From: an uncultured Pelagibacteraceae bacterium
GTDB lineage: Bacteria > Pseudomonadota > Alphaproteobacteria > Pelagibacterales > AG-422-B15
NCBI GenBank assembly: GCA_902580665.1
Contig: CACHLP010000002.1
Span: forward strand, 6,337 to 70,336
Reading direction: 5' to 3'
DNA length: 64,000 nt
Shown here: one piece after another, positions 1 to 9,023 of the stretch
How positions within the stretch are numbered: position 1 is the stretch's first letter
Layout of the letters: the number at the start of each line of letters is the position of its first letter
Translations under genes and position numbers: made by a program
The notes under the pieces: generated by a model
What the model was told of the DNA's origin: nothing
What the model saw: the letters and a program-made list of their open reading frames with translations, nothing else
Databases searched by the model: none

Positions 1-87
1 TAGGAAAAAAAAAGCAATTGCTACAAGTAGAAACAAAGATAATTTTGAATAATTATCAAGAACTGACGAAAATACTTCTTTCATTAC

Positions 88-1188
88 TTATGAAATATAT
101 CTTCTTTGGTATCTTTTGCCTAGGTTTGTTAAAATCTCATATGGTATAGTATCTATGCTCTCACACACTGTATTGATAGGGTTCTTATTTCCAATGAATT
201 CAAACTCTTTATTAGCAATTTGTTTTAAAGTTTTAAAATCCGTTAAATCAACTGTTACTAAGTCCATTGAGACTCTTCCAATCAAATTAATTCGTTTATT
301 ATTTAAATAAATTTTACAATTATTTGAAAAGAGTCTACTGAATCCATCACCATAACCAATGGCAAAAGTGCCAACTTTCATCTTTTTCCTTGCTTTAAAT
401 GTAGCTCCATAGCCTACGGTATCCCCTTTATTTATTTCCCTTGTTTGAATCAATTTACTCTTTAAAGAGACTACATTTTTGTAATGTTTACTCTCTTTGA
501 TTTGACAATTCCCCCCATAAAGAGATATTCCTGGCCTAACCATATCAAGATTATATTTTCTCCCCAGCAACACTCCCCCAGAGTTCGATATGCTGTGTAA
601 ACAATTTGGAAAGTATATTCTTATCTTATCAAATTCCTTTAATTGAGTTTGATTTTTTTTGTTTTTTGGATCATCAGCGCAAGCTAAGTGACTCATTATC
701 AGAACAAGATCTGAATTTTTAATTAATTTTGATTTATTTTTAATTAGATTGGCAGTTTCATTTTTATCTAAACCAAGTCGCGACATGCCTGTATCAAAAT
801 GAATTGCAATCTTAAGTTTTTTATTAAATTTACTTTGATAGCGCTCTATTTTCTTAAGTTGTTTCAAATTATTGATTACAGGTATTAATTTATATTTACT
901 TATTATATTTAAGTTATCTAAAACTAAACCATTTAGAATATACACTTCTACTTTTTTATTTATTTTTCTAATTTCCACAGCTTCATCGGTGGAAGCTACA
1001 AAGAAATGATTGCATTTTGATCTAGTTAGCACAGGCAGTACTTTCTTAACTCCAAGACCATATGCATTTGATTTTACAGTTGCTGCAACTATACAATCTC
1101 TATTCACTTTTTTTTTGATTTTTAAGTAATTTTCACCAAGTGACTTTAAGTCGATGTCTAAAAAAGTATTTTGATCAACATTCTTCAT
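88..1188 (-). CDS. alr: alanine racemase
   Basis: 366-aa ORF. It has the PLP-lysine motif (ATVKSNAYGLG) near the N-terminus and C-terminal motifs GYGDGF and GRVSMDL. It lies directly downstream of dnaB, as in many proteobacteria. Confidence 0.9.
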   Translation of the reverse strand: MKNVDQNTFLDIDLKSLGENYLKIKKKVNRDCIVAATVKSNAYGLGVKKVLPVLTRSKCNHFFVASTDEAVEIRKINKKVEVYILNGLVLDNLNIISKYKLIPVINNLKQLKKIERYQSKFNKKLKIAIHFDTGMSRLGLDKNETANLIKNKSKLIKNSDLVLIMSHLACADDPKNKKNQTQLKEFDKIRIYFPNCLHSISNSGGVLLGRKYNLDMVRPGISLYGGNCQIKESKHYKNVVSLKSKLIQTREINKGDTVGYGATFKARKKMKVGTFAIGYGDGFSRLFSNNCKIYLNNKRINLIGRVSMDLVTVDLTDFKTLKQIANKEFEFIGNKNPINTVCESIDTIPYEILTNLGKRYQRRYIS

Positions 1189-1199
1189 TTTGAAAGACT

Positions 1200-2672
1200 T
1201 TACTCATAATTGTTTGAGTGATCTTTGCTAATAAAGTTCCCAAACTTTGTAAACTTACTTTCAAAGCTTAGTCTTATATTTCCTGTTGGTCCATGTCTTT
1301 GTTTTGATATGAGGAGTTCTGCCTGACCGTGGATTTCATCCATTTTTTGCTGCCATTCAATGTAATCTGCGGTACCGAGAGCAGGCTCACTTTTTTCCAA
1401 ATAGTATTCTTCCCTATAAATAAACATAACTACATCAGAGTCTTGCTCGATAGAACCTGACTCTCTTAGATCTGATAATAAAGGCTTCTTATCTTCCCTT
1501 TGCTCAACCTGTCTAGATAATTGTGATAATGCTATAATAGGAATATTCATTTCTTTTGCTAGAGCTTTAAGGCTTTGAGTTATCTCAGAAAGTTCAAGAA
1601 CTCGTGATTCATTTCTTGATATTTTACTTGGCCTCAATAATTGTAAATAATCAATCACAATTGCGCCAAGACCGTGTTTCCGTTTGAGTCTTCTTGCCCT
1701 AGAAGCAAGTGTTCCAATATTTATGGCGGGTGTGTCGTCAATAAATAGAGGAATCTCCAATATTTTTTTTGACACTGATACTAAATTATCCAAATCATTT
1801 TCTGATAAATCACCTTTTCTCATATCATTAGAACTTATTCTTGCCTCTTCTGATAAAATTCTTCTGGCTAGTTGTTCCGATGACATTTCAAGTGAAAAGA
1901 ATAGAACACTTGAGTCCATATCATTATTATTATGAGCCTCTTTTGCAATATTAAATGCCATATTTGTTGCAAGTGCTGTTTTTCCCATAGACGGTCTTCC
2001 TGCAATTATGATTAAATCTGAGGAATGAAATCCTCCTAATTTAGCATCAAGATCCCTAAACCCAGAGGATAAACCAATCACATTAGTATCTTTCTTAAAT
2101 GCTTTGGTTGTAAGCTCTATGGCCTCTTCAACTGAACTTCTAAATGATTGAACCTTATTTCCTGTAGTTCCTTTTTCTGATATTTGATAAAGATCTTTTT
2201 CTGCGTCTTCTATGAGATCACCAGGTTTTACATCCATACCACTTTCAATAGCATCATGTTGGACCTTGCCCCCAAGTTCATAAAGTCCTCTTCTTACAGC
2301 CATATCATAAATTATTTGAGAATAGCTTTTTGCATAATCTAAAGAAACTGCTGAATTCGCTAATCTTAATAGGTAATTTGACCCACCTATTTCCTCTAGA
2401 TTTTTTTCAATTTCAAAATAACTTTGCAGAGTAATAGGTGATGCAATTTGACCTTTAGAAATCATTTTATTTATTACTTCAAATATAATTCTATGAACCG
2501 GTTCATAAAAATCCTCTGAATTTACTATTTCAGTTATATCGTAAAATATTTCATTGTTAATCAGTATAGCGCCAAGTAACCCTTGTTCAGCTTCCATGTT
2601 GTGTGGAAGCTGTTTTAAAGAAATATTATTGGACTGTATTTGAAATGTGTTGGACATTGAGTCAATTAACAT
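1200..2672 (-). CDS. dnaB: replicative DNA helicase DnaB
   Basis: 490-aa ORF with a DnaB N-terminal domain (LPHNMEAEQGLLGAIL), Walker A (AGRPSMGKTALA) and a RecA-like C-terminal domain. It sits in rplI-dnaB-alr synteny. Confidence 0.95.
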   Translation of the reverse strand: MLIDSMSNTFQIQSNNISLKQLPHNMEAEQGLLGAILINNEIFYDITEIVNSEDFYEPVHRIIFEVINKMISKGQIASPITLQSYFEIEKNLEEIGGSNYLLRLANSAVSLDYAKSYSQIIYDMAVRRGLYELGGKVQHDAIESGMDVKPGDLIEDAEKDLYQISEKGTTGNKVQSFRSSVEEAIELTTKAFKKDTNVIGLSSGFRDLDAKLGGFHSSDLIIIAGRPSMGKTALATNMAFNIAKEAHNNNDMDSSVLFFSLEMSSEQLARRILSEEARISSNDMRKGDLSENDLDNLVSVSKKILEIPLFIDDTPAINIGTLASRARRLKRKHGLGAIVIDYLQLLRPSKISRNESRVLELSEITQSLKALAKEMNIPIIALSQLSRQVEQREDKKPLLSDLRESGSIEQDSDVVMFIYREEYYLEKSEPALGTADYIEWQQKMDEIHGQAELLISKQRHGPTGNIRLSFESKFTKFGNFISKDHSNNYE

Positions 2673-2805
2673 TAATTACAAAAACTTGTCAGTATATTAA
2701 TGAAAAAAATACTAACAGGGCTTTAATATTGTTAATATATTCTTATACTTTACATAAAGAATTATATTTGTCTTTTAAATCTTTGAATTTTGTGAAAAAT
2801 TATTA

Positions 2806-3252
2806 TTACGTTTTTCTTGTAATTTCAAGATATAGATTGGCTTTAATATCTTCATATAAACTTATCCCTATTTCAGTTTGACCTAATTCTTTGATTGGAT
2901 CAAGAATCACCGAGTCAGGTGAAATCTTTATTTCATGTAATGAAAATATACTCTCACTAATAGATTTTTGACTAACCGCACCATAGAGACTGCCATCATC
3001 GTTTGCCTCCACTTCTATCAAAATTTTCTTTCCATCTAGCTTATCCTTAAGTTTGTTTGCCTCAATTATTTTTTTATCATTTTCAGAATTGATTTGAGTG
3101 ATACGATTTTCTAAATCAGCTTTATTTTTTTTATTTGCTATGATTGCTTTTTTTTCAGGTATCAAAAAATTTTTTGCAAAGCCATCTTTAACAGTGACAA
3201 TTTCGCCAGCTTTTCCTAATTTATTTAATGATTCTAAAAGAATTATTTCCAT
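2806..3252 (-). CDS. rplI: 50S ribosomal protein L9
   Basis: 148 aa with the L9 N-terminal signature ([32 protein letters not shown]). Its ATG overlaps the rpsR stop (TAATG). Confidence 0.95.
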   Translation of the reverse strand: MEIILLESLNKLGKAGEIVTVKDGFAKNFLIPEKKAIIANKKNKADLENRITQINSENDKKIIEANKLKDKLDGKKILIEVEANDDGSLYGAVSQKSISESIFSLHEIKISPDSVILDPIKELGQTEIGISLYEDIKANLYLEITRKT

Positions 3253-3446
3253 TATCGACCCGTATACGGTAATAGAGCCAGATATCTTGCTCTTTTGATT
3301 GCAGTTGAGAGATCTTTCTGTTTCTTTATTGAAATATAACTTATTCTTCTGGGTGTAATTTTTCCTTTTTCAGAAATAAATTTTCTGAGAGAGGAAAGAT
3401 CTTTATAGTCAAAAGTAGAAGAGTTCTTTTTCGTATTTTTGTCCAT
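3252..3446 (-). CDS. rpsR: 30S ribosomal protein S18
   Basis: 64 aa with the S18 core ([38 protein letters not shown]). It lies between S6 and L9. Confidence 0.9.
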   Translation of the reverse strand: MDKNTKKNSSTFDYKDLSSLRKFISEKGKITPRRISYISIKKQKDLSTAIKRARYLALLPYTGR

Positions 3447-3452
3447 AAATTT

Positions 3453-3779
3453 TTATTCTTTTTCTTTAAACATTAATGTAGGAGTTTCACTAAATGATTT
3501 AACTTTTATTGATAAGTATCTGATAATATTTTCATTTAGATTTAATTTTGAGTTCATTAAATCGATATTTTCTTGAGGCATTTCAATGTTCATAAATTCA
3601 TAAAATGCTTTTTTATTGTTTTTTATAGGATAAGCGAGGTTTCTCATGCCCCAGCTTTCTTGATAAATGACATTACCACTTAATTCAGAGACCATATCTG
3701 TATGATTTAGCAATTCATCAGAAAGTTCGTTTGAACTTAAACTTTGTTTAAGTATTAGCACATGTTCATAAAGGGCCAT
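3453..3779 (-). CDS. rpsF: 30S ribosomal protein S6
   Basis: 108 aa with an S6-like N-terminus (MALYEHVLILKQ). It is the first gene of the rpsF-rpsR-rplI string. Confidence 0.85.
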   Translation of the reverse strand: MALYEHVLILKQSLSSNELSDELLNHTDMVSELSGNVIYQESWGMRNLAYPIKNNKKAFYEFMNIEMPQENIDLMNSKLNLNENIIRYLSIKVKSFSETPTLMFKEKE

Positions 3780-3851
3780 AAATTAGTCATATTTATTATT
3801 AAAGTCCGAATAAATATTCTATAATTAGCTATTAAGCAAGTATTCTTTTAG

Positions 3852-4787
3852 ATGAAAACAGCATTAATTTTTCCTGGACAAGGCTCACAATACATCGGAA
3901 TGGGGTATGACTTTTATTCTGATTTTCAATCATCACGTGATATTTATGATCGACTAGATAAAATAATGAGTAAAAGTCTTGCTAACTTAATATTCAAAGG
4001 TGAAGAAAATGAACTTGCTATGACAGAAAATTCACAACCCTCAATAATGGCAACAAGCATTGCTATTCTTGCTGCTTTAAAGGAAAGTGGAAAAATAGAT
4101 AATAATTCTTTTCATTGTGTCGCAGGCCATTCTCTTGGTGAATATTCGGCACTAGTCGCTAATAATTCAATCAATTTTCATGATTCTGTAGAATTACTTA
4201 AGATTCGATCTAAAGCTATGCAAGAAAGTATGCCAGTTGGCTCTGGAGGAATGGCAGCAATTATTGGAGGAACTGAAGAAGAAATTACTGCTATTATTAG
4301 CGACATAAGACCAGAAAGCAAAGTTTTTATAGCTAATGATAATGCAGTAGGGCAAGTAGTTATTAGTGGTGAAATGAAAGCAATTGATTATATTGTTAAA
4401 AATTCAAAAATACTTGGATTGAAAAAGGCCATTAAGTTATCTGTAAGCGCCCCTTTTCATTGTGAACTTATGATGACAGCTTCTATAACAATGCAAAACG
4501 CGATTGATAAATTTATTTTTAAAGCTTTTAATGTACCTCTCTATTCAAATGTGACTTCTTTGCCCTGTGATGAAAAAGAGATAAAGCAAATTCTAGTAGA
4601 GCAAATAGTGAGAAAAGTAAGATGGAGAGAAATAATCAAAAATATGATAAATGATGGTGTGGAAAGATTTATCGAAATTGGCCCCGGAAATGTTTTGACG
4701 AATTTAGTAAAAAGAGCGTCAAAAGAAATTACATCGATATCTATATCAAAAGTAGATGATTTTAAGAAATTGGATAATATTATATAA
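3852..4787 (+). CDS. fabD: malonyl-CoA:ACP transacylase
   Basis: 311 aa with the FPGQGSQ N-terminal motif and GHSLGEYSAL active-site serine motif. It heads the fabD-fabG-acpP-fabF cluster. Confidence 0.95.
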   Translation: MKTALIFPGQGSQYIGMGYDFYSDFQSSRDIYDRLDKIMSKSLANLIFKGEENELAMTENSQPSIMATSIAILAALKESGKIDNNSFHCVAGHSLGEYSALVANNSINFHDSVELLKIRSKAMQESMPVGSGGMAAIIGGTEEEITAIISDIRPESKVFIANDNAVGQVVISGEMKAIDYIVKNSKILGLKKAIKLSVSAPFHCELMMTASITMQNAIDKFIFKAFNVPLYSNVTSLPCDEKEIKQILVEQIVRKVRWREIIKNMINDGVERFIEIGPGNVLTNLVKRASKEITSISISKVDDFKKLDNII

Positions 4788-5506
4788 TGAAAAATGTGTT
4801 AATTACTGGAGCGACGGGTGGAATAGGGTCATCAATCTTAAAATTATTTTATGACAATAATTATAATATATGCGCGACAGGCACTAATATTGATAAACTG
4901 AATGAAATTGAATTGTATTATAAAGGAAAAGTTAAATGCATTCAGAGTAACCTTAATGACGAATTTCAATTAGAGAATCTAGTCCAGAAGTCTAATGAAT
5001 ATTATGGATCAACAGATATACTAATAAATAATGCAGGAATTACCAGAGATAACCTGTTTTTAAGAATGAAAGATGATGAGTGGAATGAAGTAATTAATGT
5101 CAATTTAAATTCTAATTTTAAGTTAACAAAGCATATTTTGAAGGGCATGATAAAAAGTCGCTGGGGAAGAATTGTCAATATTTCATCAGATGCCGCTAAG
5201 ATTGGCAATGCAGGTCAGGCAAACTATGTCGCCTCTAAATCTGCAATTGAAGGTCTCACAAGAACGCTCGCAAACGAAGTAGCTGCAAGAGGTATAACAG
5301 TTAACTGTGTTTCACCAGGATTTGTTAATACTGAAATTCTTGCAACAGTCGATGAAAAAACACTGCAAAATATGGTAGAAAGAATTCCTCTTGGAAGAAT
5401 TGGAAGTATTGATGAAATCGCGTCTGCAGTTTATTTTCTTTCTTCAGAAGAATCAGCCTATATTACAGGTCAAGTGCTTCATGTCAATGGTGGCTTGACA
5501 ATGTGA
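4787..5506 (+). CDS. fabG: 3-oxoacyl-ACP reductase
   Basis: 239-aa SDR with TGATGGIGS cofactor motif, NNAG, and YVASK catalytic Tyr/Lys. There is a TAATG overlap with fabD. Confidence 0.9.
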   Translation: MKNVLITGATGGIGSSILKLFYDNNYNICATGTNIDKLNEIELYYKGKVKCIQSNLNDEFQLENLVQKSNEYYGSTDILINNAGITRDNLFLRMKDDEWNEVINVNLNSNFKLTKHILKGMIKSRWGRIVNISSDAAKIGNAGQANYVASKSAIEGLTRTLANEVAARGITVNCVSPGFVNTEILATVDEKTLQNMVERIPLGRIGSIDEIASAVYFLSSEESAYITGQVLHVNGGLTM

Positions 5507-5551
5507 TGCAGAAGGTAATAAAAAAACTAATATAATAAAACAGGAGTATTT

Positions 5552-5785
5552 ATGAGTGAAGTTGCTGACAAAGTTAAAAAAATTATAGCTGAACATTTAG
5601 GCATAGATGATATGAGTAAGATCACTGATGATGCTAAGTTTATTGACGATTTAGGTGCAGATAGTTTGGATACTGTGGAATTAGTCATGGCATTTGAAGA
5701 AGCTTTTGATGTAGAAATTCCTGATGACAAAGCGGAAACTATATTAACTGTTGGAGATGCAATATCTCACTTAGAGACAGACTAA
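5552..5785 (+). CDS. acpP: acyl carrier protein
   Basis: 77 aa with the phosphopantetheine serine motif [12 protein letters not shown]. An AGGAG Shine-Dalgarno lies upstream. Confidence 0.95.
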   Translation: MSEVADKVKKIIAEHLGIDDMSKITDDAKFIDDLGADSLDTVELVMAFEEAFDVEIPDDKAETILTVGDAISHLETD

Positions 5786-5798
5786 TAAATATAATATA

Positions 5799-7061
5799 AT
5801 GAAGAGAGTTGTAGTTACCGGAATGGGGCTAGTGACACCCTTTGGTTGCGGACAGTTACAAAACTGGAATAGCTTAATCTCCACTAAATCGAGTGCTACT
5901 AAAATTACAAAATTTGACTCCAAGAAATATAAGTGTCAAGTTGCATGTGAAGTTCCAATTGGGAATGGAGAAAATGGAACATTTAATGCTGAAGACTGGA
6001 TTGAGAGAAAAGAAATAAAAAAAATTGATGATTTTATTAAATATGTAATGGCTGCAGCTGAGGAAGCTTTTAAAGAAAGTAACCTAGGTACCATCAATGA
6101 TCCGCAATCTTTTCGGTCAGGCTGCATTATTGGCTCAGGTATGGGGGGATTACCAGGAATAGAACAAACATCCATTGATTATTCAAATGGAAAAAAAATT
6201 AGTCCTTTTTTTATAACTGGTAGAATAATTAATATGCCAGCTGGCTACTTATCTATAAAGTATAATTTAAAAGGACCAAACTACTCAACAGTCTCTGCGT
6301 GCGCCTCTTCTGCTCATGCAATTGGTGAATCTTATCGCCTAATTCAGCATGGCCAGGTTGATGTTATGATGACTGGCGGATCAGAAGCGACTATAAGCCC
6401 TATAGGAATAGAGGGTTTTGCAGCTTGTAGAGCATTAAGTACAAATTTTAATGACTTTCCATCTAAAGCCTCTAGACCCTTTGACGAAGAGAGAGACGGT
6501 TTTGTTATGGGGGAGGGTGGCGCAGTTCTTATTCTTGAAGAATTAACTCATGCACTTAGACGCAACGCAAAGATATTGTGTGAAATTAGGGGGTACGGAA
6601 TGTCGTCAGATGCATACCATTATACCTTGCCAGATAGTAAAGGAGATGGTGCATATAGAGCGATGAATAATTCAATTGAGGATGCTAAACTTCGGCCAAG
6701 TGAAATCCAATATATAAATGCACATGGAACTTCAACTCCAGCAGGAGACAAAGCTGAAGCATTAGCTATAGATAGAATATTTATGGATAACGCAGAAAAA
6801 GTATGTGTATCATCAACAAAATCGCAAACAGGACACTTGTTAGGTGCTGCTGGAGCTGTTGAGGCAATATTTTCAATTATGAGTTTAGCAAATCAAATTG
6901 TACCAATTAATTTAAACCTAGAAAATGAGTTGGAAACAAAAAAGATAAATTTTATTAAATCTGAACCACTTAAAATGAGTCTCGACAATATAATATCAAA
7001 TTCATTTGGTTTTGGTGGAACGAATGTCTCTTTGTTGTTTTCTAAGTTTGATGGCAAATAG
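5799..7061 (+). CDS. fabF: 3-oxoacyl-ACP synthase II
   Basis: 420 aa with active-site Cys (SACASSAHAIG), the two His motifs (HGTSTPAGD, GHLLGAAG) and a C-terminal NSFGFGGTN. Confidence 0.95.
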   Translation: MKRVVVTGMGLVTPFGCGQLQNWNSLISTKSSATKITKFDSKKYKCQVACEVPIGNGENGTFNAEDWIERKEIKKIDDFIKYVMAAAEEAFKESNLGTINDPQSFRSGCIIGSGMGGLPGIEQTSIDYSNGKKISPFFITGRIINMPAGYLSIKYNLKGPNYSTVSACASSAHAIGESYRLIQHGQVDVMMTGGSEATISPIGIEGFAACRALSTNFNDFPSKASRPFDEERDGFVMGEGGAVLILEELTHALRRNAKILCEIRGYGMSSDAYHYTLPDSKGDGAYRAMNNSIEDAKLRPSEIQYINAHGTSTPAGDKAEALAIDRIFMDNAEKVCVSSTKSQTGHLLGAAGAVEAIFSIMSLANQIVPINLNLENELETKKINFIKSEPLKMSLDNIISNSFGFGGTNVSLLFSKFDGK

Positions 7062-7650
7062 TCTTAAATCAAAAAATTTAATCATTGTGATATCATCACC
7101 ATCTGGAGCAGGAAAATCATCTATATGTAAACAGTTATTAAAGGATGATCCTCAGTTAAATATATCTATTTCAGATACCACAAGACCCCCAAGAGACAAT
7201 GAAACCAATGGTAAAGACTATAACTTTATTAAAAAAGATGAATTTGAGAACAGAATTAAGAATAATGAATATATTGAATATGCAAATGTTTTTGGCAATT
7301 ATTATGGTTCACTCCATAAGACGGTTCAAAACTCACTAGATAATGGTTTTGATGTTCTGTTTGACATAGACTGGCAAGGGTCAATTCAACTTAAAGCCTC
7401 TAATCATCCAAACTTACTTACTATTTTCATAACTCCTCCATCAAAAGAAGTTATCTACGAAAGACTTAAGTTAAGAGCAGAAAAGTCAGGTGACAACGAA
7501 CAGTCTATTAAATATAGAATGGAAATGTACGAAACTGAGATGAGTCATAAAAATGAATATGAACACATTATTGAAAATGATGATTTTGAGAAATGTGTCT
7601 TTAAAATAAAAAAAATAATATTGGAAGCTAGGAAAAAGTTATATAGCTGA
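7051..7650 (+). CDS. gmk: guanylate kinase
   Basis: It has the P-loop SSPSGAGKSS and a TTRPPR motif. I place the start at ATG 7051 (MANSLKSKNLIIV), overlapping the fabF stop by 11 nt. The track ORF begins at 7006 inside fabF. Confidence 0.85.
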   Translation: MANSLKSKNLIIVISSPSGAGKSSICKQLLKDDPQLNISISDTTRPPRDNETNGKDYNFIKKDEFENRIKNNEYIEYANVFGNYYGSLHKTVQNSLDNGFDVLFDIDWQGSIQLKASNHPNLLTIFITPPSKEVIYERLKLRAEKSGDNEQSIKYRMEMYETEMSHKNEYEHIIENDDFEKCVFKIKKIILEARKKLYS

Positions 7651-8430
7651 AGCTAATTTACAATAGTCCTCTACTGATAAATCTTCAGCCCTTAAATTGT
7701 CATCAATATTAAGCATCTTTAATTGGCTGCTATAATCTCTTAAGGTAGTTTTGATTTTTTTTCTTCTATGCTCAAATGATTTTTTTAACAATTTTTGAAG
7801 ATTCAAGATATTCAGATTTTTGTTTTTTAAAATAGGAGTAAATTCAAGCACTGTTCCATCAACCTTTGGCTTTGGGAAAAAAATGTCTGAGGGAGCATTT
7901 AAAATCTTACTTACATTGCAACGTGCTTGAGTAATAACAGATATCCTGCTGAAGGATTTTTGATTAGGCAATGAAATGATACGATCAGCAACTTCTTTTT
8001 GAAACATAAGAGTCATTTTGGAATAGAATGGCGGCCATTGTTCTCTAGTTATCCAATTTATAAGTAATTGAGTTGAAATGTTGAATGGCAAGTTTCCAAC
8101 AATAATTGATTTATTTTTTTTATTTTCATTTTCATAATCATAACTTAAAGCATCACAATTAATTATAATTATTTTATTATTATCTTTAAAATCGTTAGTT
8201 AGTGTGTCAAAAAAACGGATATCTTTTTCAATCAAAAAAAGTTTTTTGAATTCTTTTTTTACCAAGTGCCTTGTAAGTGCCCCCATGCCAGGACCAATTT
8301 CAAAAATATTTGTTTGCTTATCGCTTGAGATTAAAGAACTTAATTTTAAGATAAAATTATGGTCTTTAATAAAATTTTGACCTAAAGATTTTTTTGGAGA
8401 GTTTTTATTTATACTCAATTGTTGCTTCAT
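7639..8430 (-). CDS. rsmA: 16S rRNA (adenine1518/1519-N6)-dimethyltransferase
   Basis: 263 aa with GQNFI and the SAM motif EIGPGMGALT. It follows lptD-surA as in E. coli. Its 3' end overlaps the convergent gmk by 12 nt. Confidence 0.9.
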   Translation of the reverse strand: MKQQLSINKNSPKKSLGQNFIKDHNFILKLSSLISSDKQTNIFEIGPGMGALTRHLVKKEFKKLFLIEKDIRFFDTLTNDFKDNNKIIIINCDALSYDYENENKKNKSIIVGNLPFNISTQLLINWITREQWPPFYSKMTLMFQKEVADRIISLPNQKSFSRISVITQARCNVSKILNAPSDIFFPKPKVDGTVLEFTPILKNKNLNILNLQKLLKKSFEHRRKKIKTTLRDYSSQLKMLNIDDNLRAEDLSVEDYCKLASAI

Positions 8431-9016
8431 TAAATAAATCTCTTATCATTTTACTGCTTTTAAGGTCTAACTGTTTTTGAATAATTATATTTTTAGCTAA
8501 ATCAACTGAAAGCTCTGGATTCTTTAACATAATTTCCTCAATTTCTATTTCACTTGCTGAAGTTAGCCTGTAATAGATTCCAGACACCAATTTTTGCCAG
8601 GACATTTCATAGGTTAAATAATCTTTAAATTCACTATATTTAATATTATTGGTTTTAAAAAGTTCTTGAAGACTATCTTTACTCATTGAGATATTGTTGT
8701 AAAAAGTCTTTTCATGTTGTAAATATTCATTTTCATCAATAGATATACTATATTCTTGTAACTTTTCATTTTTAAGTATTTCTTTTATAAGTTCATCTGC
8801 CGCGACGTTAGCTAATTGATTATTATTTTCTGGCGTAATATCTATTCCACTTAAAAGCGCACGCATCTTCATTCTCTTTACAATATCATATGAGGTAATT
8901 AATTTGTCATTTACTAAAACAGCTATTTTATGATCATTAACAGTGAATGCTTTTACGTTCAAGCTCATTAATATGACTACAAAAACAAGAGAAAAAATTT
9001 TAAGTATTTTATTCAT
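8405..9016 (-). CDS. SurA N-terminal-domain periplasmic chaperone (no PPIase domain visible)
   Basis: The start is chosen at MNKILKIFSLVFVVILMSLNVKAFT (signal peptide), 7 nt after the lptD stop. The roughly 204-aa helical protein lies between lptD and rsmA, exactly where surA sits in E. coli. It is too short to contain parvulin domains. Confidence 0.65.
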   Translation of the reverse strand: MNKILKIFSLVFVVILMSLNVKAFTVNDHKIAVLVNDKLITSYDIVKRMKMRALLSGIDITPENNNQLANVAADELIKEILKNEKLQEYSISIDENEYLQHEKTFYNNISMSKDSLQELFKTNNIKYSEFKDYLTYEMSWQKLVSGIYYRLTSASEIEIEEIMLKNPELSVDLAKNIIIQKQLDLKSSKMIRDLFNEATIEYK

Positions 9017-9023
9017 AGCGACT

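Noticed and set aside
1-87. This is the leading 87 nt before the alr stop.
   Set aside because: It is too short and lacks any frame long enough to assign. It may be the 3' end of, or the spacer to, a gene outside the window.
116-310. Many 60-140-aa ORFs in the track lie antisense to, or out of frame within, long well-supported genes. Examples: 116-310, 1684-1935, 5002-5208, 5936-6175, 13905-14237, 20172-20534, 22445-22657, 24517-24849, 27363-27608, 37524-38090, 46006-46377, 47161-47532, 50331-50609, 60635-61054, 62554-62769.
   Set aside because: These are shadow ORFs. Each is fully embedded in a gene with strong motif support on the other strand or frame. They have low-complexity or odd composition and no start context, so they are not reported as genes.
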